The notes beneath the pieces are model-generated. The model worked only from the letters and a program-made list of their open reading frames with translations. It was not told the origin of the DNA and did no database searches. Of a stretch of 64,000 bases of DNA, positions 17,128 to 28,932 are shown piece after piece. This stretch comes from Lysobacteraceae bacterium (GTDB lineage Bacteria; Pseudomonadota; Gammaproteobacteria; Xanthomonadales; Xanthomonadaceae): contig SSEV01000036.1 of the NCBI GenBank assembly GCA_008015095.1, positions 1,949 to 65,948 on the forward strand, read 5' to 3'. The translations under genes were made by a program, and so were the position numbers. Numbering within the stretch: position 1 is the stretch's first letter; the number at the start of each line of letters is the position of its first letter.

Positions 17128-19400
17128 CCTCATCGTCGGCGCCGGATAGCGGTGGAATCCCGCCGAGGCTCCATGCAGGGAAGCGTCTGCGTTTGGCGAT
17201 CGTCGGTGGCGGACCACTGTGCGTCTATGCGCTTGAGCGTTTAGCCGCCCAGCTAGGCGCCATCGAGCGGCCACAAGCGGGCACTGGTCTGCGGGTCGAT
17301 GTGTTTGAACGCAGTGGACGGTTTGGCGCCGGTGAGGTCAATCACGACCTGCAGCCGGCGACGAGCCTGCTCAACCGTGTCGCGGCGCAGATCGGATTCT
17401 CTGCAGATGAGACCAACACGTCGGTGGCCGCTTTATTGCCGGCTGGCGCGCGTCCGACTTTCCTTGAATGGGCGGTGCGCAGATCGCGCGAGCGCGGCGA
17501 TCCGGCGTATGCCTTGGCGCCCGCTGCGATTCCGTCGCGGCGAATGCACGGCGAAGCACTGACCGAAACGTTCACGGCCTATGTCGCCCGCTTGCGCGAG
17601 GCAGGCGTCGAACTGCATTGCCACGCCAGAAGCGTGGTTGATCTGGTACCGGAAGCGGACCATTCCTTCACCATCGTCTGCGCTGACGCCGAGCACGGCG
17701 ACTGCGCTGCAATCATCCGGGCGGACCGAGTCTTGCTCGCCACGGGCAATGCGGCCAGTTTCGCGCAAAGTCCACCGCCACCGCCTGATGCGCGAGGCTT
17801 GCGCCGCATCGCGCGCGTCTACCCGCTGGACCGACAATTGACCGAGGCCACGGTGCCGCGCGGCGCACAGGTCGCGATCAGTGGTTTGGGACTCACCGCG
17901 GTGGACGTGTTGCTGTATCTCACCGAAGGACGCGGCGGGCGTTTCGAAAGGGAAGACGAAGCCGGTTTGCGGCTGCGTTATGTCGCGTGCGGTCGCGAGC
18001 CGGCGCGGATCGTCGCATTCAGTCCGAGCGGCATGCTGCCTTGTTGCCGGCCTGAGAACTTCAAGCTTCTTGATCCGGAGCTGGCCTACCGCGGAGTGTT
18101 TTTCAACGTTGAGGCGCTACAACGCATGCGTGGAGCGCGCGGTGCGCCGATGCGCATCCGAGAGGATCACACTGCGCTGCAATTGAATTTTTCCGCCGAC
18201 GTGCTGCCGTTGGTCGTGCTCGAAATGGCGCGCGCCTACTATCTGACCTTGTTCGGACCAGATTTCGATGCGCAGGCGATTGCGGCGGCGCAGCAAGCAT
18301 ATGTCGCGTTCCTGGATTCGCCCCGCGAGGATTTGGCGCAAAGCGAAATTTCGATAGAGCAGCTATTGGCGCCGCTACAGGCGTGTTTCGAGCGTACCTG
18401 CCTTGCGTTACACGCATCGACCCCGGAACAGGCGTTTTCGCATGCGCCTGAGTTCGCTGTTAGCCTCGAATCGATTCGAGGCATGTTCGATGCCGTGTTG
18501 TTCGCGCCGGCATCGCCGGGCAGGCCGCGTAGCGATGATGCGTTGCATGCGCGCACGATGGCGTCGCCTTGGGCACATCCGTTGTCGCCGAACGCGCATC
18601 GATTCTGTTGGCGTCGAATCCTGTTTCCGTTCGGCAGCGACGCTGGCGCCGTGCGCGAGGAAAGCGGTACGGACTGGCGCGCGCGCGTCCTCGCGTTCCT
18701 GGACCAGGATCTGCGCAACGCGGCGCAGGGCAATTTGCGCAATCCACTGAAAGCCGCTTGTGACGGCGTGATGCGCGACCAGCGCGGCGTGTTCGCCGCA
18801 TTGGTCGAAGACGGCGGATTGACGGCCGCTTCGCATCGCGACTTTCTCGACGGTTTCATGCGCATCTACCATCGACTGTCGAACGGCGCGGGCATGCTCG
18901 CCTTGCGTAAGATCCGGGCGCTGGTCGAATCCGGATGGGTCGACCTTGATGTCGGTCCCGGCGCCACGTTGGCGTGTGAGTCGGATGCCTTCGTCGTGAC
19001 CGGCCCTGTCACCGGTGTGTCGCGGGCAGCGACGGTATTGATCGAGGGCAGGCTTGCTGCCTTCGATGCGGCCGATCCGGTCGAACCGCTGTATCCGAAT
19101 CTGCTGCGCCGTGGACTGGTGCGGCGCTGGATCAATCCCGCGCATGCCCCGGGAGCGGCGTTCGTGCCGGGCGGACTCGATCTTTCTGCGAGTTTCCATC
19201 CGCGCGACGCGCATGGCCAGGAGCAGACGCGTCTGACCGCGATGGGCACGCCCGCCGAGGGTCAGCGCTTGTTGCAATCGGCGGCGGCACGACCTCGTTG
19301 TGGGAGCGCGATCTTCGACCATTTGGACCGGTGGGCCTCTGATATATTGGCCGCGATGCCGCCGCAACAGTGTTCGCAACCGCAGGACGAGAGACGCTGA
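17124..19400 (+). CDS. FAD/NAD(P)-binding oxidoreductase (CreE/FzmM-like N-hydroxylase family)
   Basis: AIVGGGP..LERL, GAGEV..QP..LLN, LLATG, GLGLTAVD, GGLD, GTPAEG; GTGA overlap with upstream gene. Confidence 0.75.
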   Translation: MTSSSAPDSGGIPPRLHAGKRLRLAIVGGGPLCVYALERLAAQLGAIERPQAGTGLRVDVFERSGRFGAGEVNHDLQPATSLLNRVAAQIGFSADETNTSVAALLPAGARPTFLEWAVRRSRERGDPAYALAPAAIPSRRMHGEALTETFTAYVARLREAGVELHCHARSVVDLVPEADHSFTIVCADAEHGDCAAIIRADRVLLATGNAASFAQSPPPPPDARGLRRIARVYPLDRQLTEATVPRGAQVAISGLGLTAVDVLLYLTEGRGGRFEREDEAGLRLRYVACGREPARIVAFSPSGMLPCCRPENFKLLDPELAYRGVFFNVEALQRMRGARGAPMRIREDHTALQLNFSADVLPLVVLEMARAYYLTLFGPDFDAQAIAAAQQAYVAFLDSPREDLAQSEISIEQLLAPLQACFERTCLALHASTPEQAFSHAPEFAVSLESIRGMFDAVLFAPASPGRPRSDDALHARTMASPWAHPLSPNAHRFCWRRILFPFGSDAGAVREESGTDWRARVLAFLDQDLRNAAQGNLRNPLKAACDGVMRDQRGVFAALVEDGGLTAASHRDFLDGFMRIYHRLSNGAGMLALRKIRALVESGWVDLDVGPGATLACESDAFVVTGPVTGVSRAATVLIEGRLAAFDAADPVEPLYPNLLRRGLVRRWINPAHAPGAAFVPGGLDLSASFHPRDAHGQEQTRLTAMGTPAEGQRLLQSAAARPRCGSAIFDHLDRWASDILAAMPPQQCSQPQDERR

Positions 19401-19402
19401 CG

Positions 19403-20740
19403 ATGCATTTGGGTGCGATGTTGTATCCGACCGGTTATCACGTCGCAGCATGGCGGGATCCGGACGTGCCGCCGCGCGCCGGGATCGATTTCGCCCATTT
19501 GTCAGCGATGGCGAGGGCCGCCGAACGCGGCAAGTTCGATTTCGTTTTTCTCGCCGATAGTCTCGCGGTCCGTGGCCGCGATTTGCAGGCGCTCAGTCGC
19601 ACCGCGATCCGCTACATCGGACAGTTCGATCCGTTGACGCTGTTGCCGGCGCTCGCGGTGGTGACCGAACGCATCGGCCTCGTCGGCAGCGCGTCGACCA
19701 CCTACAACGATCCTTACCACATCGCACGGAAACTCGCCTCGATCGATCACATCAGCGGTGGCCGCGCGGGATGGAATCTGGTCACTTCGCAGAACGAGGA
19801 CGAGGCTTTCAATTTCGGTGCGGACGCGCATCCGCCGCATGCCGAGCGCTATCGGCGCGCGGCCGAGTTCACGGACGTGCTGAAAGGCCTGTGGAACAGT
19901 TGGGAGGATGATGCCTTCGTCAACGACAAGGCTTCAGGGCAGTATTTCGATCCGGACAAAGTGCATGTGTTGGGGCATCGCGGCGCATTTTTCTCGGTGC
20001 GCGGCCCGCTGAACGTGCCGCGACCGCCGCAGGGATTTCCGGTGCTGGTGCAGTCCGGATCTTCCGAAGACGGCAAGGATCTGGCCGCGCGGATGGCCGA
20101 AGTGGTGTTTACAGCGCAACCGACGATCGAAGAGGCGCGCGCTTTCTATGCTGATGTCAAGGCGCGGATCGCGCGCAATGGACGCGACCCGGCCGAGGTC
20201 AAGGTGCTGGTTGGCGCTTTCCCTTATGTGGGCAGGACGCGACAGGAAGCAGAGGACAAGCGTGCGCGCTTGAGCGCGCTGATCGATCCGGCGGTGGCGC
20301 TTTCGCTGCTGGCGACGCAGCTGGGCAGCGATGTGTCGAATCATCCTCTCGATGGACCTTTGCCCGAGGAGCTTCCCGATACCAATCAGGGAAAATCGCG
20401 GCGTGCTTTGCTGATCGAAATGGCCCGACGGGAGCGGATGACGATCCGTCAATTGTGCGAATTCGTCGCAGCCAGTCGTGGTCACTGGACCTTGATGGGC
20501 GATCCGGGCGAGATCGCCGATCAGATGCAGACCTGGGTGCGCGAAGGTGCGGCCGATGGATTCATCGTGATGCCGCCGACCTTGCCCGATGGACTGGTGT
20601 CATTCGTCGATCTGGTCATCCCCGAGTTGCAGCGACGCGACGCTTTCCGGCGTGAGTACGCCGGAACCACGTTACGCGAACATTTCGGTCTGCGGCGACC
20701 GCCGCATCCGGCTGCCGTGGCGCCAGAAGCGGGGGCTTGA
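19403..20740 (+). CDS. LLM-class flavin-dependent monooxygenase (NtaA/SnaA/DszA family)
   Basis: AERGKFDFVFLAD, STTYNDPYHIAR..SGGRAGWNLVTS, VRGPLN, ELQRR..YAGTTLREHFGL. Confidence 0.92.
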   Translation: MHLGAMLYPTGYHVAAWRDPDVPPRAGIDFAHLSAMARAAERGKFDFVFLADSLAVRGRDLQALSRTAIRYIGQFDPLTLLPALAVVTERIGLVGSASTTYNDPYHIARKLASIDHISGGRAGWNLVTSQNEDEAFNFGADAHPPHAERYRRAAEFTDVLKGLWNSWEDDAFVNDKASGQYFDPDKVHVLGHRGAFFSVRGPLNVPRPPQGFPVLVQSGSSEDGKDLAARMAEVVFTAQPTIEEARAFYADVKARIARNGRDPAEVKVLVGAFPYVGRTRQEAEDKRARLSALIDPAVALSLLATQLGSDVSNHPLDGPLPEELPDTNQGKSRRALLIEMARRERMTIRQLCEFVAASRGHWTLMGDPGEIADQMQTWVREGAADGFIVMPPTLPDGLVSFVDLVIPELQRRDAFRREYAGTTLREHFGLRRPPHPAAVAPEAGA

Positions 20741-20745
20741 GGCCG

Positions 20746-21045
20746 ATGTCAGCATCCACCGATGGCATGGGCGATCGCGATGCGCGCGCGCCTGGCGCGC
20801 GGTCCAGTGCTGCGGTGTTGGAAACGGAGATCGCGTTGTTTGATGCGTTGCTCGCCCAGGCCGGAATCGCGCTGATCCCGGAGCGCGCCGCTGGCGTGTA
20901 CGAGAACATGCGCGAAATGCGCCGGCTTGCGGCGCTGCTGCGTGAGATCGCGGCGGATGGAATCGAGCCCGCCGCGGTCTTCGATATCGATGCGGTGTCC
21001 ACACTCGATGCGCAGATCGATCCGGTCGGCGGAGTCACGCGATGA
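20746..21045 (+). CDS. Small GatC/AtzG-like amidase partner protein
   Basis: ~99 aa helical ORF with EPAAVF motif, coupled (ATGA) to the amidase. Confidence 0.55.
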   Translation: MSASTDGMGDRDARAPGARSSAAVLETEIALFDALLAQAGIALIPERAAGVYENMREMRRLAALLREIAADGIEPAAVFDIDAVSTLDAQIDPVGGVTR

Positions 21046-22478
21046 ATTCGCCTGCTCTGCACGAATTGTCGATCGCACAAGCCGGTCGTCTCCTGCGCGC
21101 TGGCGAGATCCGCGCGATGGATCTGGCCGAAGACGCGTTGTCGCGAATCGAACGATCGAACCCTGCGATCCATGCTTTCGTCATGGTCGAAGCCGATCGC
21201 GCATACGCCGACGCCGCGCGCGCGGATGACGACCTGGCGGCAGGAATCGATCGCGGGCCGCTGCACGGCATTCCTTACGCGCTCAAGGACATTTTCGACG
21301 TCGCCGGGATGCGGACGAGCTGTCATTCGCATCTGATGTGCGAGCATGTCGCTGCGGCGGATAGCGGTGTCGTCGAGCGATTGGTCCGCGGCGGCGCGGT
21401 GCTGCTCGGCAAGCTGGCCACGCACGAGTTCGCCCTGGGCGGCCCAAGTCCGGAATTGCCGTTTCCGCCGGCGCGCAACCCCTGGGATCCGGAGCGTTTC
21501 ACCGGTGGATCCTCGTCGGGATCGGCCGCCGCGGTCGCGGCAGGACTGACCCGTCTGGCCTTGGGCTCGGATACCTCGGGCTCGATTCGTGGGCCGGCTT
21601 GTTATTGCGGCGTGGTGGGGTTCAAGCCCACCTATGGACGCGTTTCCCGGCGCGGCGCGTTTCCCCTGTCGTATGCCCTGGATCATTGCGGCCCCCTGAC
21701 CTGGACCGTCGAAGATGCGGCATTGGCGCTGCAAGTACTGGCCGGACATGATCCGGCCGATATCGCCAGCGCTTCGCGGCCGGTGCCCGACTATCGCAAC
21801 GCGATCACCGATGATGATCTGCGCGGCTTGCGGATCGCGTTCCCACGGCGGTTCTGGTCCGAGATGCAGGCGACCACCGATGAGGTGCTGGCGGATCTCG
21901 ATCGCATCGCCGACACCCTGGCAGGATTGGGCGCGGATATCGTTGATGCGCAATTGCCTCCGTTCGAATGGTTTTCCGCCTGTGGCCGCCTGTTGATGAC
22001 GGCCGAAGGCTATGCGATCCACGAACGGATGCTGCGCGAATACGGCGCCAAGTACGGGCGATACACCTATCAGCGTCTGGTGCCTGGCGTGGCGGTTTCA
22101 GCAGCGGACCTCACGCATGCGCAACGACTCCGCTTACAGTTGTCCGCGAGTTTGGAGCGCGAGATTTTTCATCGCTGTGATGCGATGCTCTGTGCCTCCT
22201 GCCTCACCCCCGCGCCAAGGCTCGACAGTTTTCCGGCAGATTGGCCGCCGACCGATGCGTCCAAGCTCACCATCCCGTTCAACGTCAGCGGACATCCGAC
22301 GCTGGGCGTGCCTTCGGGGTTCGGCCGGTCCGGCATGCCGCTCGGCTTCCAGATTGTCGGACGCGCCTTCGATGAGGTCACCGTGTTGCGGATCGGGCAC
22401 GCCTACCAGCGCGTGATGGGGTATCCCGATCGGCGCCCGCCAGGCATCGGCGATGCGTTCGCGGAGGCTGCGCCATGA
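21042..22478 (+). CDS. Amidase signature family enzyme (GatA/AtzE-like)
   Basis: GPLHGIPYALKD, GGSSSGSAAAVA, GSDTSGSIRGPA (Lys/Ser/Ser triad). Confidence 0.93.
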   Translation: MNSPALHELSIAQAGRLLRAGEIRAMDLAEDALSRIERSNPAIHAFVMVEADRAYADAARADDDLAAGIDRGPLHGIPYALKDIFDVAGMRTSCHSHLMCEHVAAADSGVVERLVRGGAVLLGKLATHEFALGGPSPELPFPPARNPWDPERFTGGSSSGSAAAVAAGLTRLALGSDTSGSIRGPACYCGVVGFKPTYGRVSRRGAFPLSYALDHCGPLTWTVEDAALALQVLAGHDPADIASASRPVPDYRNAITDDDLRGLRIAFPRRFWSEMQATTDEVLADLDRIADTLAGLGADIVDAQLPPFEWFSACGRLLMTAEGYAIHERMLREYGAKYGRYTYQRLVPGVAVSAADLTHAQRLRLQLSASLEREIFHRCDAMLCASCLTPAPRLDSFPADWPPTDASKLTIPFNVSGHPTLGVPSGFGRSGMPLGFQIVGRAFDEVTVLRIGHAYQRVMGYPDRRPPGIGDAFAEAAP

Positions 22479-23587
22479 GTCTGGCGATCGAGACGTACCG
22501 GGATGTGCAAACCCTGGGCGATGGGCCGGCATTGCTCAACCTGTCGTGGACCCTGGACGAGCGCGACTGGCTGTCTCTGGATTTGAACGCGCTAGTCGCC
22601 GACTGCCTCTCCATGGAATTGGACCAGGACTTGGCTTGGACTCGACGGTACCTGGTCAAGGATCCTTACGGCAGCGACAGCCTCGGCAATGCGGTGGAAC
22701 ATTATTTCGCCACGGCCGGCCTGGCGGAGCAGATCACTTGCGCGGCCGGTGTGAACGGGTTGTTACATGCGCTCGCGGCCATGGCCGATGAAAACGGTGT
22801 GGCCATGGCCGATGCGGTTTATCCCGATTACGCGCATTGGCTGCAACGCAGAGGGATCGTCGTGTGCGCGCTGCACGATGCGCTGCCGCAGCGCGAAGAA
22901 GCGCTCTCAGCGTTCGAGGGTATTGTCCATCTCGAACGTCCCGCGTTATTTCCGGCGGCATGGGATGATGCGCAAGCGGTGCGCGCGCTGTGCGCGCGCA
23001 TGCCGCGCGCGACGATCCTGATCGACGAGTCCAACGCCAATTACTGCGCGCCCGCTTTCAGCGCGGCGCCCCTGACCCGGGAGTTCGACAATCTCCTGGT
23101 GCTGCGCGGTCTGTCGAAGGCTTACGGCATGGGCAGCCTGCGCCTGGGCTATTGCGTGAGTTCAGCGGCGCTTACCGCGCGCGTACGTCGGCATGTGCCG
23201 GCCTTGAGCGCCTCATCGCTGTCGTTGATGATCGGCCGCGAAATCCTGACCCGCGGCGACATCTCGGCGCCGTTGCGTAAGCGAATCGCCGAAGCCAAGG
23301 CCGAAACGCGGGCCCTGCTGGCCGCTTGCGGCGCCGATACGGAACTGTTGCCGTGCGGTGACGCCTTGCCGTATCTGCTGTTCTCCGAACCGCCATCTGT
23401 GCTTGCAGAAACAGCTTCGGTCGGCGCCGCGCCGCGTATTCTGTTCAAGCGGCATGCGCTATGGACCGTGCGTGGTCCGCGCGAGATCCACCGTTGCAGC
23501 GTTCCATTGCACACTGCGCGGATGGCCCGGCTGCGCGAATGTCTGACCGCGACGGATGCCGGCGAAGCCTCGGCGAAGTCCGGCTGA
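22475..23587 (+). CDS. Divergent fold-type I PLP enzyme (class I/II aminotransferase, HisC-like)
   Basis: LIDESN, RGLSKAYGMGSLRLGY PLP-lysine motif. Confidence 0.8.
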   Translation: MSLAIETYRDVQTLGDGPALLNLSWTLDERDWLSLDLNALVADCLSMELDQDLAWTRRYLVKDPYGSDSLGNAVEHYFATAGLAEQITCAAGVNGLLHALAAMADENGVAMADAVYPDYAHWLQRRGIVVCALHDALPQREEALSAFEGIVHLERPALFPAAWDDAQAVRALCARMPRATILIDESNANYCAPAFSAAPLTREFDNLLVLRGLSKAYGMGSLRLGYCVSSAALTARVRRHVPALSASSLSLMIGREILTRGDISAPLRKRIAEAKAETRALLAACGADTELLPCGDALPYLLFSEPPSVLAETASVGAAPRILFKRHALWTVRGPREIHRCSVPLHTARMARLRECLTATDAGEASAKSG

Positions 23588-25036
<1,449 letters not shown>

Positions 25037-25076
25037 ACCGCACGTCGCGGCGCTCCGATCGGCATAGCAGACCGCG

Positions 25077-26945
25077 ATGCGAGAAGACTGGATCCGGCTC
25101 GCCCTGGATGCCGTCCCCGTCGACGGCGTCATGGCGCAGCTGCAGCGGTTGGTCGAATACGACCGCTATCAGGCTTCCGCCGGCATCCAGGCCGCCGCAG
25201 ACCTGGTTGCGCAGGCTGCGCGCGATGCCGGTCTGCGCGAGGTCGTCGTGCACGACTTTCCCGCCGACGGCGCGCATTGTTTTTGGAGTTTCCTCTCTCC
25301 GCGCGGCTGGACGCCGCGACAGGCGCGTCTGCGCATCGGCGCGGGTATCGATGCGTTGGAGTGGGATCATGCGCGGCAACCCTTTCTGTTGGCGACCTAT
25401 TCCGCGCCGACGTCGGAACAGGGATTGCGTACGCATGCGGTCCGGATCGGCTCTGCGGACGATCTCGCGCCAGGCAACGCAGCACGCGATGCAGTGGCGG
25501 GCGCAATCGCCCTGGTCGAAGCGGAGGCCTATGCCGACCCCGATCTGCTGCCCGCTTTGCGCGCGCGGGGCGCTGTCGGGTTCGTCACCGACGGCCCATG
25601 CTGTGTCGATCCTGGCACCGGCGTGGCGTATTCGGGGCGAATCGAGCTTGATCAATCGGCCGATTGGTTCGGTTTCAGTCTGACCCATGCGCAGTTCGCA
25701 GAGGCGAAAGCGCGGGTTGCGGCCGGCGCGCAAATCGAGGTGCTGATCGAGATCGATCGTGATGCCGCCATGCCGGTCGTCACCGGAGTATTGCCGGCGG
25801 ATGACGTTGCGGATGTGGTGTCGACATCGGAAGTATGGATCACCTCGCACCTGTGTCATCCGCGCCCAGGCGCCAACGACAACGGTTCCGGCATCGTTGG
25901 GCTGATTGGCGTCGCGCAGACGTTGCGCCTGCTTGCGCCACATGCTTCTAAGCAATGGCCGATGCGCAAATGGCCGATCCGTTTCGTCTGGGCGCCGGAG
26001 TTCGTCGGCACCGCCGCGTTCTATCAGGCGCGGATACAAACCGCGGGCGAAACAGGTGCGCCCTGCGCGGTGCTCAATCTCGACATGATCGGCGAGGACC
26101 AGACGCGTTGTGGCAGCCCCTTCGTGGTTGAGCGTCCACCGACGACACAAACCTCGCTACTGACGCCGGTGGCCGAGCGTGTGGTCGAAGCCGTGTTCGC
26201 GGCCACGGACGAAGGTGGTGGTCGCTGGCGGTCGTCGCCGTTTCTGGGCTATTCCGATCACGCTCTGTTTGCAGGCCCGCAACTGGGATGTCCGGCGGTG
26301 CAGTTTGCGCATTGGCCCGATCGATTCAATCATTCGGCCGCTGATACCCTGGACAAGGTGTCGCCGCTGGAAATGCGCCGTTCAATCGCAGCGGCGGCGC
26401 TGCTGCTCACCCTGGCGGCGGACGATTACGCGGCTCTGGGCACGAGTCTGCCCGAACTGGTCGAACGATGGTGTGCGCGAGAGGAAGATCAGGCGCTGTC
26501 GGCGTTACCGACGGCGACCGAGCATGCCGCTTGGCGCGAGGCCTGTCTCCGCGCGATGTACGCCCGGCACACGGATCTGCGTCTGCGCGCGCGCGGAGAG
26601 TCTCCTTCGATGCATGCAGCGGCGTCGGCGGACACCTATCCAGGCATCAACGCCAGTCATCAGGAACGCATCCTTCCGCGCTGGCAGGGTCCGTTCAAGT
26701 TGCGTGCGATGATCGGCGATACACCGGAGCCCTTGCGTGGACAGGTCCGTGCGGCGGTCCGCCGCGACAAGAGTACGCTCGCCTGGCTCGCGAACATTGC
26801 GGTGCATCTGGATGGCAGTCGCGGCCGTGCCGAAGTACTTGCCGCAGCCTCGCATGCGATGCGACGGCCCTGGGATCCGGCGCTGGCGGATCTGCTCTGG
26901 CAGGCATGGATCGACTCCGGCTGGGCGGAGCCCGTGCGGCCCTAG
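25077..26945 (+). CDS. M28/DUF4910-like metallopeptidase
   Basis: SHLCHPRPGANDNGSG, PEFVGT, NLDMIG, SDH, HSAADT; PA-like insert. Confidence 0.8.
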   Translation: MREDWIRLALDAVPVDGVMAQLQRLVEYDRYQASAGIQAAADLVAQAARDAGLREVVVHDFPADGAHCFWSFLSPRGWTPRQARLRIGAGIDALEWDHARQPFLLATYSAPTSEQGLRTHAVRIGSADDLAPGNAARDAVAGAIALVEAEAYADPDLLPALRARGAVGFVTDGPCCVDPGTGVAYSGRIELDQSADWFGFSLTHAQFAEAKARVAAGAQIEVLIEIDRDAAMPVVTGVLPADDVADVVSTSEVWITSHLCHPRPGANDNGSGIVGLIGVAQTLRLLAPHASKQWPMRKWPIRFVWAPEFVGTAAFYQARIQTAGETGAPCAVLNLDMIGEDQTRCGSPFVVERPPTTQTSLLTPVAERVVEAVFAATDEGGGRWRSSPFLGYSDHALFAGPQLGCPAVQFAHWPDRFNHSAADTLDKVSPLEMRRSIAAAALLLTLAADDYAALGTSLPELVERWCAREEDQALSALPTATEHAAWREACLRAMYARHTDLRLRARGESPSMHAAASADTYPGINASHQERILPRWQGPFKLRAMIGDTPEPLRGQVRAAVRRDKSTLAWLANIAVHLDGSRGRAEVLAAASHAMRRPWDPALADLLWQAWIDSGWAEPVRP

Positions 26946-26966
26946 CGGCGGTTGAAAAACAGCCTG
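26942..26966. repeat. Single degenerate copy of the MITE-like terminal repeat
   Basis: CTAGCGGCGGTTGAAAAAC resembles CTAACAGGCTGTTGAAAAAC (reverse complement of 38167-38186). Confidence 0.4.
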
Positions 26967-27103
26967 ATCACGCCTCACGGAGGGCTGCGCTGAAAAAACC
27001 AGCGCGTAAGCGTTGGAGGAAATGCCGTAACCGAGCCCGGTGCTGCATCGCACCTACGGCAGTCGAACAAAATCCTCCCCTCGGACTGGCTGGCCTATCC
27101 GGA

Positions 27104-27661
27104 TTACGCCGCGCCCGCAGCCTTCGCGCGTTGTGCTTCTTGCAGCAGTAGATCGGCCCACTCCGAGGCTTGGATCGTGGCGAGGTCGCGTGGGAACGAA
27201 TACGCCTGGGGATCGTCACTCAGCGAGTCGGCGTATTCCTTGAGCGCGCGGTCGAACAGCGACACTAGCGCGGCGAAGTCGTCCTCGCTGTTGGCGCTTG
27301 CGCCGCGAGCCAGCACATGGTCGCGGATCGCGCCGAAGCAGCGTTCGTTGGCGGTGCACAGTGCTGGCCAATAGGCCTCGCGATGGCAGACGCTGCAATG
27401 GAACAACAACGCCGCAAGGGCTTCGGAGGCGGGCAACACGTCAGCGAAATCAGGTAGCGACCGGGTATGCCGGCTGAGCAGATTGATCATCCGTGCGTAG
27501 AACCGCGAATGGCGATTGAACGCATCCGGATCGCGCGAGGTTCCGGTGACCAGATGCGAGACGCATTCAAGATTACGGTAGATGAAATAGGCGTATTGCC
27601 GTTCGAGGATCGCGGTGATCGCTGGATCGGCGGGGATGGCGATGGGCGCTGTGCTGATCAT
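27104..27661 (-). CDS. Hypothetical helical protein, last gene of the HDO/PCAT operon
   Basis: ATG overlaps the stop of the upstream nucleotidyltransferase (ATGA); 185 aa; no family recognised. Confidence 0.6.
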   Translation of the reverse strand: MISTAPIAIPADPAITAILERQYAYFIYRNLECVSHLVTGTSRDPDAFNRHSRFYARMINLLSRHTRSLPDFADVLPASEALAALLFHCSVCHREAYWPALCTANERCFGAIRDHVLARGASANSEDDFAALVSLFDRALKEYADSLSDDPQAYSFPRDLATIQASEWADLLLQEAQRAKAAGAA

Positions 27662-28932
27662 GGGGCATCCTGATTTCGACGGGTGGCGCTCGGCGCGGAG
27701 GCACGGCGCAGGCGGTCGAACAACCATTTGCGATTACCGGCGGAACAGTCGCCGCATAGCGACAGGGCGTAGATCCCGCTGCCGCTGCTCAGATACAGCC
27801 CGTCGTTCGTTTGCTGCAGACGGCTGATCGGTGCGGATTTGAACGACATGGGGATGCCATAGACACGATAGCCGCTGTCCAAAGCGTAACGCACCAGTCG
27901 CGGGCGCGTGGCCCATGCTATCGGCCAGCGCGCGTTGGGGCGCAGGCGATAGGCCGCACGTGCGGCCGCGACCAGACCGGTGGCGATGCCACGGCGCAAA
28001 GGGCCGACGCGGACCGGGTCCACGCTGGCGACCTCCGCGGCGGCGGCGGAGGCGTGTCGGGGTGCTTGCGACAAGGCGCGCAATGCTTCCGGCAAGCGTT
28101 CGAACAGGCCTTTCCCGCGTGCTGCGTCGAACATCTTGTGCAGACCGCTTTCCAGCTTCAGATCGCGGATGCGGGCGCGCAGATAATCCAGGTCGAGCTG
28201 GTCGCCGGCGGCGCGCGCCACCAGTGAGGCATCGGCGAGATGGCGAATCGAGACCGGGCTGAGCCGACCGACGAAATCGGCCAATCCCAGCAACAACTGC
28301 GCGGTCGGCGCGAGGGTCAGATATGGCTTGCCGGGCAGGTGCATGACACCGCGACAAAGCTCGTCGTATCGGACGCAGCGCCACAGATCGATCGGGAATC
28401 CACCAACCTGAACTTCGACGGAGACGGCTTGCGCCTCCCCGTCGTGACGCCAATAGCGAAGACTGGCCAGCCCGGTCTCGGGTTTAGCGCTGTGGAACCC
28501 CCACAGACCGGAACCGGCGGGTGCGTAGCCCAGCGATTGCAACGCCGCGTGCAAAGGCGCCAAATCGGCGTAATCACGCACCATCACATCGATATCGCCG
28601 CTGAACCGTGCGATGCCGGATGGATAATGGCGATGAATATTGGCGCCTTTCAACAACACTGTGGACGTGGGCAAGGCCTCGGTCACGGCGGCCGCGGATT
28701 CATGCTTCAGATGCAGAAGGTCGCGTTTCGCCTGTTCGCCCGGATCAAGCACACGCTGGTGCATGGCGCGGAAATCGAGCAGGTTCGGCAGGCAGCGCTC
28801 ACGCTCGGCGAGCGCATCGACGAGCGTCGAATCCGCTTCGCAGAGTGCAGCGAGTTCCGGCTCGGCGGCAGGATTCTGTGGCAAGGGTTCGGTCAACAGC
28901 CGGAACAGGCCGTGATACGGCATCGGGGTCAC
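27658..28932 (-). CDS. Nucleotidyltransferase (NTP_transf_5-like), paralog 2
   Basis: VLLKGA..YP..RFSGDIDVMV, RHLAD, LDLDYL; GTGA overlap with the PCAT stop. Confidence 0.8.
   Translation of the reverse strand: MTPMPYHGLFRLLTEPLPQNPAAEPELAALCEADSTLVDALAERERCLPNLLDFRAMHQRVLDPGEQAKRDLLHLKHESAAAVTEALPTSTVLLKGANIHRHYPSGIARFSGDIDVMVRDYADLAPLHAALQSLGYAPAGSGLWGFHSAKPETGLASLRYWRHDGEAQAVSVEVQVGGFPIDLWRCVRYDELCRGVMHLPGKPYLTLAPTAQLLLGLADFVGRLSPVSIRHLADASLVARAAGDQLDLDYLRARIRDLKLESGLHKMFDAARGKGLFERLPEALRALSQAPRHASAAAAEVASVDPVRVGPLRRGIATGLVAAARAAYRLRPNARWPIAWATRPRLVRYALDSGYRVYGIPMSFKSAPISRLQQTNDGLYLSSGSGIYALSLCGDCSAGNRKWLFDRLRRASAPSATRRNQDAP

Noticed and set aside
27104-27661. CSVCH as a c-type heme motif
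   Set aside because: No signal peptide or cytochrome context; likely chance
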